Shown here in pieces: positions 28,862-37,226 of a DNA stretch of 45,538 nucleotides. Under the pieces are notes generated by a model. The model was given only the letters and a program-made list of their open reading frames with translations. It was not told the DNA's origin and did not search any database. The stretch is taken from positions 1 to 45,538 of the forward strand of contig CAWFJJ010000014.1 in the NCBI GenBank assembly GCA_963816185.1, written 5' to 3'. The position numbers and the translations under genes are program-made. Every line of letters starts with the position of its first letter. Position 1 is the first letter of the stretch. Source of the DNA: Thermoanaerobaculia bacterium (GTDB taxonomy: Bacteria; Acidobacteriota; Thermoanaerobaculia; UBA5066).

Positions 28862-29746
28862 ATGAACGTTCCCGAAAACGACCCGAACGAGCCCCGCTCG
28901 GTCACCCTGCTGCTGCATTGTCCCCTCCGTCTCGGTCTCGCCGCCGGCCTGACCCAGTTCATTTACGCCAACGGAGGGCGCATCCTCTACCACGAGCAGT
29001 ACGTCGACACCGAAAGTGACCATTACTACACGCGCCTCGAGTGGGATGTCTCGAGCTTCTCCGCGACGGACGCGGAAATGGCTGAGCGCCTCCGAGCCCT
29101 CATTGGCAGCGGGCCTGAGACCGAGTGGTCGCTCCACAACTCGGACCAGGTCCTTCGCATGGCCGTCTTCGTATCGAAGGATCCCTGGTGTCTCTACGAC
29201 ATCCTCGCGCACAGTCACTCCGGAGAATGGACGGTCGAGGTACCGGTCATCGTCAGCAACCACTCCGACCTCGAGCCCGTGGCGAGGAGGTTCGGCGTCG
29301 AGTTCCGCAGCTTTCCCGTCACGAAGGAGAACAAGAGCGACGTCGAAGACGAGCAGCTGGCCCTCCTTCGCAGCCATCGGATCGACGTCGTCGTCCTCGC
29401 GCGGTACATGCAGATCCTGACGGGCCGGTTCGTGAAGGCGTATCCGAAAAGCGTGATCAACATCCACCACGCCTTTCTTCCCGCCTTCCCGGGGGCTCGC
29501 CCGTACCACTCGGCCCGTGAGCGGGGTGTCAAGATCATCGGAGCCACGAGCCACTACGTGACCGAGACGTTGGATGCCGGGCCCATCATCGAGCAGGACG
29601 TCTTGCGTGTGACGCACCGGCACTCGGTGCGGGACCTGATCCGCTCCGGGCGGGACCTCGAGAAGGTGGTCCTCTCACGGGCCATCAGGAGCCACATCGA
29701 GCGAAAGATCATCGTTCACAAAGGCCGCACGGTCGTATTCCACTAG
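28862..29746 (+). CDS. purU: Formyltetrahydrofolate deformylase
   Basis: ACT-like N-terminus, VLARYMQIL, INIHHAFLPAFPGARPY, GATSHYVT. Confidence 0.95.
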   Translation: MNVPENDPNEPRSVTLLLHCPLRLGLAAGLTQFIYANGGRILYHEQYVDTESDHYYTRLEWDVSSFSATDAEMAERLRALIGSGPETEWSLHNSDQVLRMAVFVSKDPWCLYDILAHSHSGEWTVEVPVIVSNHSDLEPVARRFGVEFRSFPVTKENKSDVEDEQLALLRSHRIDVVVLARYMQILTGRFVKAYPKSVINIHHAFLPAFPGARPYHSARERGVKIIGATSHYVTETLDAGPIIEQDVLRVTHRHSVRDLIRSGRDLEKVVLSRAIRSHIERKIIVHKGRTVVFH

Positions 29747-29773
29747 GTGCTCGCGGTTCTTCGCGAGGGTGAT

Positions 29774-29872
29774 TGGCGGAAGCGTGTGGGGGTCGAACCC
29801 ACCCGCCGCCCCTCTCGGAACGGGCACGCTGGTTTTGAAGACCAGGAGGGCCGCCGGGCCCCTTGCGCTTCC
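29774..29872 (-). tRNA. selC: tRNA-Sec (anticodon UCA)
   Basis: GGAAGCG...CGCTTCC-GCCA acceptor, 6-bp D stem, CTGGT-CTTCAAA-ACCAG anticodon arm, long variable arm, GTGGG-TTCGACC-CCCAC T arm; TAGAAT -10 upstream. Confidence 0.95.
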
Positions 29873-29924
29873 GCGGCGGATTCTATCGGCACGTCTTCCA
29901 TGATCGGGAATCGCGTGGCCGGGG

Positions 29925-29952
29925 TCATCCGGTCCTGCCGGTCATTCCGTAA
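29925..29952 (+). promoter_or_regulatory. Putative ECF (SigK-like) promoter of the DUF4331 operon
   Basis: TCATCC-N16-CCGTAA; near copy precedes the ECF sigma gene. Confidence 0.6.
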
Positions 29953-30047
29953 GAGGCTCCAGATGTCAGCCGTGCTGACCGCCAGAAGCTCTTAGATCGA
30001 TCGCCGAACGGAACGAACCACTTTCGAATCGCCGATAAGGAGATTTC

Positions 30048-31688
30048 ATGTCCAAAACGGGAGAACTGCGCCTTCGCAGCCTGGTCACGGCCGGAATTCT
30101 CGCGGCCGCCGCGCTCCTCGCGCCAGGGGTCGTGCTCGCGTCCAGCCACAACGAGGCCCCCTTCACGTCCAAGAACCCCAGCCTCGACGACACGGATTTC
30201 TACATGTTCCGCGACCCGAACGACCCCTCGATGGTGAACCTCATCGCGTGCCGCTACGGGCTCATCGAGCCGCAGGGCGGCCCGAACTACGCGGGCTTTC
30301 AGGACGGCGCCTGGTACGACATCAAGATCGACAACAACGGCGACGGGGTGGAGGACGTGACCTTCCGGTTCACGTTCAGGACGACGTACAAGCAGCCCTC
30401 GACGTTCCTGTACGCGGTGCCGCCCGTGGCGTCGATCACGGATCCGAACCTCCTCGTCGTCCAGACGTACAGCCTGGACAAGATCACGGGACCCGCGGGG
30501 AACCCGTCTCCGAGCCAGATCACGCGCATCCTCACGGACCAGCCTGTCTTCCCCCCGAACATCGGATCCAAGACGTTCCCGGATTACGTGAACATTCCGA
30601 ACGGCATCCAGAAGAGCGCGGACGGCAAGATCTCCGTCTTCACCGGACCCCGCCAGGATCCCTTCTTCGTGGACCTCGGCATGGTCTTCGACGGCATCAA
30701 CCTCGAGACCGGCGCGGGTCTCGGGCGGCCCGGAGTGGGTGTCGGCGCTACGGGTGGCGGCCGCGACACGCTCTTCGGATACACGGTTCTCGCAACGGAG
30801 CTCCAGGTTCCCATCGCGCAGCTCACGTCCGTCGGCTTCCAGGTCGGCGACCCCGCGAACTCGGTCGCCGTGATCGGGGGCTGGGCCTCGGTCAGCATTC
30901 CCGCCTCCCGCACGATCAACGCCGACGGCTCGGTCACGAACAGCGGCGCTTACGTTCAGGTGTCGCGCCTCGGCAATCCGCTCGTGAACGAGGTCCTCGT
31001 CGGCGTCGGCCGCAAGGACTTCTGGAACACACAGCCGCCCGCGGCTGAGGCGCAGTTCAAGGGCGACGCGTCGAACCCGGGCGAGCTCTTTCCGATTCTC
31101 GCGACCTACATGAACGTGCTTTTCGGCATCAACGTTCCGCCCGGCCCCCGCTCGGACATCGAGCTCGCGCTCTTCCGCGGGATCGGGCCCGGAAACCCCT
31201 TCGGCGTCCCGATCAACACGCACCCGGGAGAGGTGTACGCGGACGAGCTGAGGCTCAATACGGCCGTCACGCCGACGCCTTTTTCGAGCGCGAGCCGGCT
31301 TGGTTATCTCGGCGGCGACGTCGCGGGCTTCCCCAACGGCCGCCGGCCCTGTGACGATGTCGTCGACATCGAGCTGCGCGTCGTAGCGGGAGTGTTTCAG
31401 GGAGGGGCGTACGGCGGCGCGCCGAACAATCTCCTCGGCGACGGCGTGGACTTCCCGGAGCGGGGCTGCCGATACTTCTTCCCCTTCATGTGGTCGCCCA
31501 CGAGCGGCTTCGCGGCATTCCACGCGGGCCCCGCGCAGCCCACGCACAGCGCTCAGGTCAAGGCGATTCGCGACAGCAACGTGAAGGGGTTCCCCGAGGG
31601 CATCTCCGACGAGGAGTTCGCCGAGCGCGTCCGCATCGCGCGCGATCACGACGACCTCGCGAAGATCCAGCCCGCGAGCGTCAAGTAA
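30048..31688 (+). CDS. DUF4331 family secreted protein
   Basis: Signal peptide then SSH.EAP, D.TDFYMF, GPRQDPFFVDL, QVSRLGNPLVNE, GFPNGRR..DDVVDI; AAGGAG RBS. Confidence 0.9.
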   Translation: MSKTGELRLRSLVTAGILAAAALLAPGVVLASSHNEAPFTSKNPSLDDTDFYMFRDPNDPSMVNLIACRYGLIEPQGGPNYAGFQDGAWYDIKIDNNGDGVEDVTFRFTFRTTYKQPSTFLYAVPPVASITDPNLLVVQTYSLDKITGPAGNPSPSQITRILTDQPVFPPNIGSKTFPDYVNIPNGIQKSADGKISVFTGPRQDPFFVDLGMVFDGINLETGAGLGRPGVGVGATGGGRDTLFGYTVLATELQVPIAQLTSVGFQVGDPANSVAVIGGWASVSIPASRTINADGSVTNSGAYVQVSRLGNPLVNEVLVGVGRKDFWNTQPPAAEAQFKGDASNPGELFPILATYMNVLFGINVPPGPRSDIELALFRGIGPGNPFGVPINTHPGEVYADELRLNTAVTPTPFSSASRLGYLGGDVAGFPNGRRPCDDVVDIELRVVAGVFQGGAYGGAPNNLLGDGVDFPERGCRYFFPFMWSPTSGFAAFHAGPAQPTHSAQVKAIRDSNVKGFPEGISDEEFAERVRIARDHDDLAKIQPASVK

Positions 31689-31695
31689 GCGTTTC

Positions 31696-32955
31696 GTGAA
31701 ACCTCTGCGGCGGCGGCTTTCGCTCCTTCTTCCCGCAAGAGCGGCGGCCGCCGTTCTTCTCATCGCCCTTGCGGCGCGGGCTTCCGAAGCCGGAGAGAAG
31801 AAGCCCGGCCCGGTCGCGCTCGCCGAAGAGCGCTACGCGCGTTACCGCCGGACGCTCGACCGCGCCGATCTCGCCGCTTCCGAGGCGGCCGTGGCGAAAG
31901 GCCTTCTCGCCTCGCCCGGCGACTTCGGCCTCCTCAAGTTCCGGCTGAGGCTCCTCCTTCCCCACCACCTCTTCGAGGAGCTGGCTCGCGAGGCCGCCGC
32001 GCTGAAGGCGGAACGGCCGGACGACCCGGATCTGGACGGCGCTCTCGGGGACGCGTTCTTCGACCTGGGCCGCTACCCGGAAGCCTTCGCGGAATACGAC
32101 CGTTTCGTAACCGCGAAGCCCTGCACGGCCTCGTACAGCCGCGCCGCGCTCGGGAAGGACGTCGCGGGCGACCTGGCCGGCGCGCTCGCCGCGATGGATC
32201 TCGCCGCGAACGCCGCCCTGCCCACCGACCTCGAAGGTTACGCGTGGTGCCGGGCGCGCGCCGCGCGGATCCTCCTCAAGATGAACCGGTACGAGGACGC
32301 GGAAGGGCGCCTCGTCGAAGCCCTCCTCCGCGTCCCGAACCACGCCCCTGCGCTCGCCGCAGCGGCGGAGATCGCGGCGCGCAAGGGACTCTGGGAGCCG
32401 GCCACGCGCCTCGCCGAGCGCTCCTTCGAGTTCGTCCCCGAGTTCACCGTTGCAGCCGCCCTCGTCGACTACCGGCACGCCATGGGAGACGCCGCAGGAG
32501 AAGAGCGCGCGAAGGCGACGGTGAAAACGCTCGAGACGCTCATGCCCGCCGAGGAGCGAAAGGTCCACCGCTTTCTCGCGCTCTATCTCGCAGACCACGG
32601 CGACGCGAGACGCGCCGTCGAGATGACGTCGAAGGAGCTGGAGACCCGCAAAGACATCGGCGGATACGACGCCTACGCCTGGTGCCTCTACCGGGCCGGT
32701 CGCGCCTGGGACGCCGCCGTGCCGATGGCCAAAGCCCTGGCGATGGGCACGGTCGACCCCCTTTTCGAGTTCCACGCCGGCGCGATCGCACGCGCCGCGG
32801 GCGATCGCCAGGCCGCGCTCGCCCATTTGACGCGCGCGCTCGAGATCGATCCGCGCTTCCACGTGCTCTATGCAGACGAAGCGAGAAGGATGAAGGAGGA
32901 GATCGAGAAAGAGATAGCCGGAGAGACGAAGAAAGAGATTTCTGCTAATGAATAA
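31696..32955 (+). CDS. Exported tetratricopeptide repeat protein (usual DUF4331 partner)
   Basis: Signal peptide, TPR helices, YDAYAWCLY and FHAGAI motifs. Confidence 0.85.
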   Translation: MKPLRRRLSLLLPARAAAAVLLIALAARASEAGEKKPGPVALAEERYARYRRTLDRADLAASEAAVAKGLLASPGDFGLLKFRLRLLLPHHLFEELAREAAALKAERPDDPDLDGALGDAFFDLGRYPEAFAEYDRFVTAKPCTASYSRAALGKDVAGDLAGALAAMDLAANAALPTDLEGYAWCRARAARILLKMNRYEDAEGRLVEALLRVPNHAPALAAAAEIAARKGLWEPATRLAERSFEFVPEFTVAAALVDYRHAMGDAAGEERAKATVKTLETLMPAEERKVHRFLALYLADHGDARRAVEMTSKELETRKDIGGYDAYAWCLYRAGRAWDAAVPMAKALAMGTVDPLFEFHAGAIARAAGDRQAALAHLTRALEIDPRFHVLYADEARRMKEEIEKEIAGETKKEISANE

Positions 32956-33787
32956 GAGAGAGCGGGACCGTATTTCCCGAATGACCGATGTCAAGGGCGT
33001 GCTTCGCGCGCCGCACAGCGGTCGCCGACCCTTGACATCGGTCATTCGGGAACAGATTTCCATCTATCGGCGGCCGCATCCGCGGCCGCCGCATATGAGA
33101 AATATGGAAGACGTTTCTCTTGTCGAGGCGGCTGCATCAGGAACAGCCTCGTTCCCCTCTTCCCTTCTAAGAAAAACTTTCTCTGTATCCGTCTTCCTCT
33201 TTTTTCTCTTCTCTTCAGCAAAGTCTCTCTCCCATCCCATGGGCAATTTCTCCGTGAACCGCTGGACGCGGCTGTCGCCGCGCGCGGGGGGCATCGACGT
33301 GACGCACGTGATCGATTTCGCGGAGATCCCGACGCAGAAGGCGCTGTCGGATTCGAGCCTGACGGGCGCGCCGCGGGGGGACGCGCTCGCGAAGATGCGG
33401 GACGACCTCGCCGCACGCTTTCTTCCGGGCCTCGTTCTCACCGTTGGAGGCGCGCGCGTCGCGCTCACCATCGTCAGGAGCGCGCTCGAGTTCGCGCCCG
33501 GAGTCGCGGACCTCCCCACCGCGCGACTGATTCTGGACCTCGAGGCGAGCGTCTCGAAGGAAGGCGTCGCGGCGGTGACGTTCTCCGACACGAACTTCGA
33601 AGGCCGCGCGGGCTGGAAGGAGGTCGTCGCGGCGGCGGGGAACGGCGCGGCTCTCCTCGCCGCCGACGTCCCCGCCACGGACCGCAGCAGGAGGCTGACC
33701 GAGTACCCGTCCGACCCTGCGGAGCCGCCGTCGGAGGTCACGAGCGCCACCCTGCGGGTCCGGTTCGGCGCGAGGCGGGCGCGATGA
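32948..33787 (+). CDS. Periplasmic domain normally found N-terminal to NicO/HoxN-type Ni/Co permeases; start uncertain (32948, 33095 or 33104)
   Basis: HPMGNFSVN, D.AEIPT, GWKEVV, S.RL..YP motifs; no permease domain follows. Confidence 0.7.
   Translation: MNKRERDRISRMTDVKGVLRAPHSGRRPLTSVIREQISIYRRPHPRPPHMRNMEDVSLVEAAASGTASFPSSLLRKTFSVSVFLFFLFSSAKSLSHPMGNFSVNRWTRLSPRAGGIDVTHVIDFAEIPTQKALSDSSLTGAPRGDALAKMRDDLAARFLPGLVLTVGGARVALTIVRSALEFAPGVADLPTARLILDLEASVSKEGVAAVTFSDTNFEGRAGWKEVVAAAGNGAALLAADVPATDRSRRLTEYPSDPAEPPSEVTSATLRVRFGARRAR
32974..33103. repeat. Palindromic two-hairpin element, copy 1
   Basis: Perfect 24-bp inverted repeat (32974-32997/33029-33052), 31-nt loop, 15-nt spacer, 10-bp hairpin (33068-33091), CATATGAGAAAT tail; homologous to 41662-41790. 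Confidence 0.9.
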
Positions 33788-34383
33788 TGCACCTCGTGAA
33801 CGCGCCGGGACGCGTCGTCCGCCCGCCGAGCGCCGCCCGGGAAGCCGCGTGGGTCGGCGCGGCGCTGGCGGTCGTTCTCGTCGCCGGGGCTGTGCGCGTG
33901 AAGACCCTCGACCGCTCCGGCGCGCCCGCGGTGACGTCCGTCCTCGCGGGGGCGGACCAGACCATCTTCCAGGCGCTCCTCGTCTCGGTCGACTCCATCA
34001 CGGACCAGAGGAGGAAGAGCGGAGCGTGGCCGGAGATCCCGGCCCTCACCGCGGACGAGATCCCGCCTTTCGCGCCTGCGCTCCTCCCCGCCGGAGCGCG
34101 CGGCCTCGATTGGAAACGCCGCGCGGATGGCGCGTCCGCGGACTACGCGGGGCTGGACCCGAAGGGCCGGCGGACGGCTTTCCTGCTTCGACTGTCCGAG
34201 AAGGCCATGGCCGGCCTCGACCAGGGCATCCCCACGCGCGCCGCTCGCCCCCGGCCGCGCGTCGCCGCCGAGGTCTGGATCCTGAAGGGCGGCACGGCGC
34301 TGCCCGGCGCCTTCCCCGCGACGGACGGCTGGTATCAGATCGTCGCGCTCGATGGCGAAGCCGGCGCGGGAGGACAACGATGA
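33784..34383 (+). CDS. DUF6162 / FpvK-like membrane-anchored protein
   Basis: VVRP...RE + TM helix, WPEI..L..DEIPPFA, FLLRL, VW..., GWYQIV; directly upstream of an FpvC-like SBP. Confidence 0.7.
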   Translation: MMHLVNAPGRVVRPPSAAREAAWVGAALAVVLVAGAVRVKTLDRSGAPAVTSVLAGADQTIFQALLVSVDSITDQRRKSGAWPEIPALTADEIPPFAPALLPAGARGLDWKRRADGASADYAGLDPKGRRTAFLLRLSEKAMAGLDQGIPTRAARPRPRVAAEVWILKGGTALPGAFPATDGWYQIVALDGEAGAGGQR

Positions 34384-35270
34384 AAGCCCTGGCCGCACCG
34401 CTCGCCTTCGCGTGTCTCGCGGCGCTTCCCGCCGCCGGCTCGCCGGCGCGTCCTCTGCGCATCGGGGTCACGCTCAACCCCTATTACTCGTGGGTCGCGA
34501 ACGTGGGCGGAGACGCCGTCACGGTCGTGCCCGTCGTGCCCGCCGGCGCAGACCCGCACTCGTACCAGCCGCGTCCCGACGACCTCGCGGCGATCGAGTC
34601 GCTGGACGCCGTCGTCGTGAACGGGCTCGGCCACGACGCCTTCCTCGAGCCGATGCTGAAGGCCGCGGGACGAGACGGACTCACGCGCCTCGACCCGAAC
34701 CGCGGCGTCCCGCTCCTTCGCAGCGCCTCGGGCGGTGTGAACCCCCATTCCTTCCTCTCCGTTCTCGCGGCGTCGCAGCAGATCCAGACGCTCGCCAAAG
34801 ACCTCTCCCGACTCGACCCCGAGGACGCCTCCCTCTTCGAGGCGAACGCGCGGGCGTACACGAAAAGGCTGCGACACCTCCTCGCGGAGGCGCTCGCGCG
34901 CCTCGACGGGCTCGATCTTTCCGCCGTCCACATCGCCACGGTCCACGACGGCTACGCGTACCTCTTCTCGGATCTCGGCCTGACCGTCGAGGCGGTCGTC
35001 CAGCCCCGGCACGGCCTGGAGCCTTCGGCGAAGCAGCTCGCCGACACGATCGCCCGCATCAAGGCCGCGCGCGTGAACGTGCTCTTCATGGAAATGGGCC
35101 TCGCCGGCCGGTACGTCGACACGATCGAGAAGGAGACCGGGTGCCGCCTCTTCCGGCTCACGCACATGACGGGCGGCGGCGATTCGAAAGACCGATTCGA
35201 GCGCGATACGAAGGCGAACCTCGACGCGATCGTCGACGCCGCCGGAGCCGTCGCGGGGCGCCGCCCGTGA
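34380..35270 (+). CDS. Cluster A-I metal ABC substrate-binding protein, FpvC-like
   Basis: RIGVTLNPYYSWV, DPHSY, NGLGHD, NPHSF, VHDGY, PRHG, LTHM. Confidence 0.88.
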   Translation: MKALAAPLAFACLAALPAAGSPARPLRIGVTLNPYYSWVANVGGDAVTVVPVVPAGADPHSYQPRPDDLAAIESLDAVVVNGLGHDAFLEPMLKAAGRDGLTRLDPNRGVPLLRSASGGVNPHSFLSVLAASQQIQTLAKDLSRLDPEDASLFEANARAYTKRLRHLLAEALARLDGLDLSAVHIATVHDGYAYLFSDLGLTVEAVVQPRHGLEPSAKQLADTIARIKAARVNVLFMEMGLAGRYVDTIEKETGCRLFRLTHMTGGGDSKDRFERDTKANLDAIVDAAGAVAGRRP

Positions 35271-35968
35271 ACGTCCCGGCGGCCCCGGTCGTGGCGATCC
35301 GTGGGCTCCGGGCGGCGCGCGGGCGCGACCTCGCGCTCGACGGCGTCGACCTCGACGTCTTCGCGGGCGAAGTCCACGGACTCACCGGTCCGAACGGCGC
35401 CGGAAAGACGACGCTGCTTCGATGCCTTCTCGGCAGCGTGCCGTTCACGGGCACGATCCGACTCGCGCTCTCTCCCGGCGAGCCGATCGGCTACGTGCCG
35501 CAGAGCCTCGACATCGATCCCGCGCTGCCCGTCTCCGTCTCCGACTTCCTCGCGCTCGCGCTCCGCCGCGCTCCCGTCCTCGGGCGGCGCCCTCAGGCGC
35601 TGCGCGCGCGCATCGCCTCCGCGCTTGCCGAGACGGGAACCGACGCCCTCGCCTCGCGGCGCCTTCCCGAGCTTTCCGGCGGCGAGCTGCGCCGCGTCCT
35701 TCTCGCGCAGGCGCTCGTTCCGCAGCCGAAGCTTCTGGTCCTCGACGAGCCGGCGAGCCATGTGGACGAGGACGGGGCGCGCCTCATCGAAGCGCTTCTC
35801 ACGCGCCTTGCGCGGCAAGGAGCGGCCGTTCTTCTGGTCGAGCACGACCGGGGCCTCCTCGCGCGGCTCTGCCCGCGCGTCACCGTCCTGAACCGGAAAA
35901 TCGTGCCGACCGGCGATCCGGGACGGCTTTCCGAATCGGATCTCGTCGCAGAAGGGAACGCGCGGTGA
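35267..35968 (+). CDS. Metal ABC transporter ATPase (FpvD/ZnuC-like)
   Basis: GPNGAGKTT, YVPQ, LSGGE, LDEP, VEHD. Confidence 0.92.
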   Translation: MNVPAAPVVAIRGLRAARGRDLALDGVDLDVFAGEVHGLTGPNGAGKTTLLRCLLGSVPFTGTIRLALSPGEPIGYVPQSLDIDPALPVSVSDFLALALRRAPVLGRRPQALRARIASALAETGTDALASRRLPELSGGELRRVLLAQALVPQPKLLVLDEPASHVDEDGARLIEALLTRLARQGAAVLLVEHDRGLLARLCPRVTVLNRKIVPTGDPGRLSESDLVAEGNAR

Positions 35969-36849
35969 GCGGCGCCTACGAGGCTGTGGCCGGCTGGGCG
36001 CGCGCGGGGTTCCTGCCCGCGATCTTCGTCCACACGTTCATGATCCGCGGGCTCCTCGGCGCGCTCCTTCTCGGGCCGCTCTTCGGCGGGCTCGGCACCC
36101 TCGTCGTGGCGAGGCGGATGTCGTTCTTCACGCAGGCGATCGGGAACGCCGCGATGACGGGAACCGCTCTCGGCCTTCTCCTCGGCGAGCCGCCCGGATC
36201 CACCTGGGCCGGCCTCTACGGCTTCTGCTTCGCCTCCGCCATCCTCGTCACGTTCGTCCAGCATCGCGGCCGCGTCCCGTCCGACACCGTCACGGGTCTC
36301 TTCCTCGCGCAGACGCTGGGCCTCGGCGTTCTCATGGTGGCGCTCGTCTCGAAGCGCTTCGACATCCACCAGATCGAGGGGACGCTCTTCGGGAGCCTCC
36401 TGACGCTGCGCGATGCGGACCTCGCGATCCTGCTCGCCACGGCGGCCCTCGCCGCGCTCGCCGGAGGATTCCTGTTCAACGACCTCGTGCTCGCGAGCCT
36501 GAGCCCGTCGCTGGCGGCCGCGCGCGGGAAACGGCCCGCGCTTCTCGATTACGTGTTCGTGACGCTCGCGACGGCCGTCGTCGTCGCCGGCCTGAAGCTC
36601 GTGGGAGCGCTGCTCGTCCTCGTCATGATCGTCGTGCCCGCCGCCGCGGCGCAGAACGTGGCCTCCAACCTGCGCCAGTTCTTCTTCGCGAGCGTCGCCC
36701 TTTCCACGCTCGCCGCCGCGGGCGGGCTGTTTCTCTCCGGGTTTCTCCCCGTTCCGACGGGCGGCGCGATCGCGCTCGTCTCGACCGCCCTCTTCTATCT
36801 CACGCTCGCGTGGCGTCCGCTCCGTCGGCGCCGGGAGGTCATCTCATGA
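35965..36849 (+). CDS. Metal ABC transporter permease (FpvE/ZnuB-like)
   Basis: GPLFGGLGTLVV, LLLGEP, LFGSLL, GALLV...VPAAAA. Confidence 0.9.
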   Translation: MSGAYEAVAGWARAGFLPAIFVHTFMIRGLLGALLLGPLFGGLGTLVVARRMSFFTQAIGNAAMTGTALGLLLGEPPGSTWAGLYGFCFASAILVTFVQHRGRVPSDTVTGLFLAQTLGLGVLMVALVSKRFDIHQIEGTLFGSLLTLRDADLAILLATAALAALAGGFLFNDLVLASLSPSLAAARGKRPALLDYVFVTLATAVVVAGLKLVGALLVLVMIVVPAAAAQNVASNLRQFFFASVALSTLAAAGGLFLSGFLPVPTGGAIALVSTALFYLTLAWRPLRRRREVIS

Positions 36850-37172
36850 AACGTGCTTTCGTTCTCGCGTTGCTCCTCGCGGCCACCGGGACCGCCCTCG
36901 CCCACGACGTCGCCGTCTGGGCGGAGGTCGTGAAGGGCCGGGTCCACGTCGAGGCGTATTTCAGCGACGGCGAGCCGGTGGGCGACGCGCCGGTCCAGGT
37001 TTCGGACGCAAAGGGAAAGGTCCTTCTCACCGGGCGCACGAACGCGAAGGGAGTGTTCGACTTCGCGCCTCCCGCGAAGACCGATCTCACGATCAAGGTT
37101 TCAGGGGGCTTCGGGCACGACGCGACCGCGACCGTGAAGGGGGAGGATCTGAAGGACCCGGGGAAGAACTAG
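36846..37172 (+). CDS. Small periplasmic protein, FpvJ/CbiL(NikL)-like
   Basis: Signal peptide ending ALA-H, FSDG, G.T...G.F.F, GH motif. Confidence 0.7.
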   Translation: MKRAFVLALLLAATGTALAHDVAVWAEVVKGRVHVEAYFSDGEPVGDAPVQVSDAKGKVLLTGRTNAKGVFDFAPPAKTDLTIKVSGGFGHDATATVKGEDLKDPGKN

Positions 37173-37192
37173 CCGCGACCGCGCTCCCGCGG

Positions 37193-37219
37193 TGATCCGG
37201 TTTCGGCCGGCCACCGTAC
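37193..37219 (+). promoter_or_regulatory. Putative autoregulatory ECF promoter
   Basis: TGATCC-N15-CCGTAC, 7 nt before ATG 37227. Confidence 0.6.
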
Positions 37220-37226
37220 TGTCCGT

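Noticed and set aside
29750-29767. CTCGCG-N6-CGCGAG hairpin between purU and tRNA-Sec
   Set aside because: Only 6 bp with no U-tract; too weak to call a terminator
32974-33052. Long hairpin as a rho-independent terminator or integron attC
   Set aside because: No U-tract, mid-operon or intragenic position, no RYYYAAC/GTTRRRY ends
33032-33060. TTGACA in the palindrome arm as an outward sigma70 promoter
   Set aside because: No convincing -10 at 16-18 nt, and the right arm of copy 2 has TTGACT
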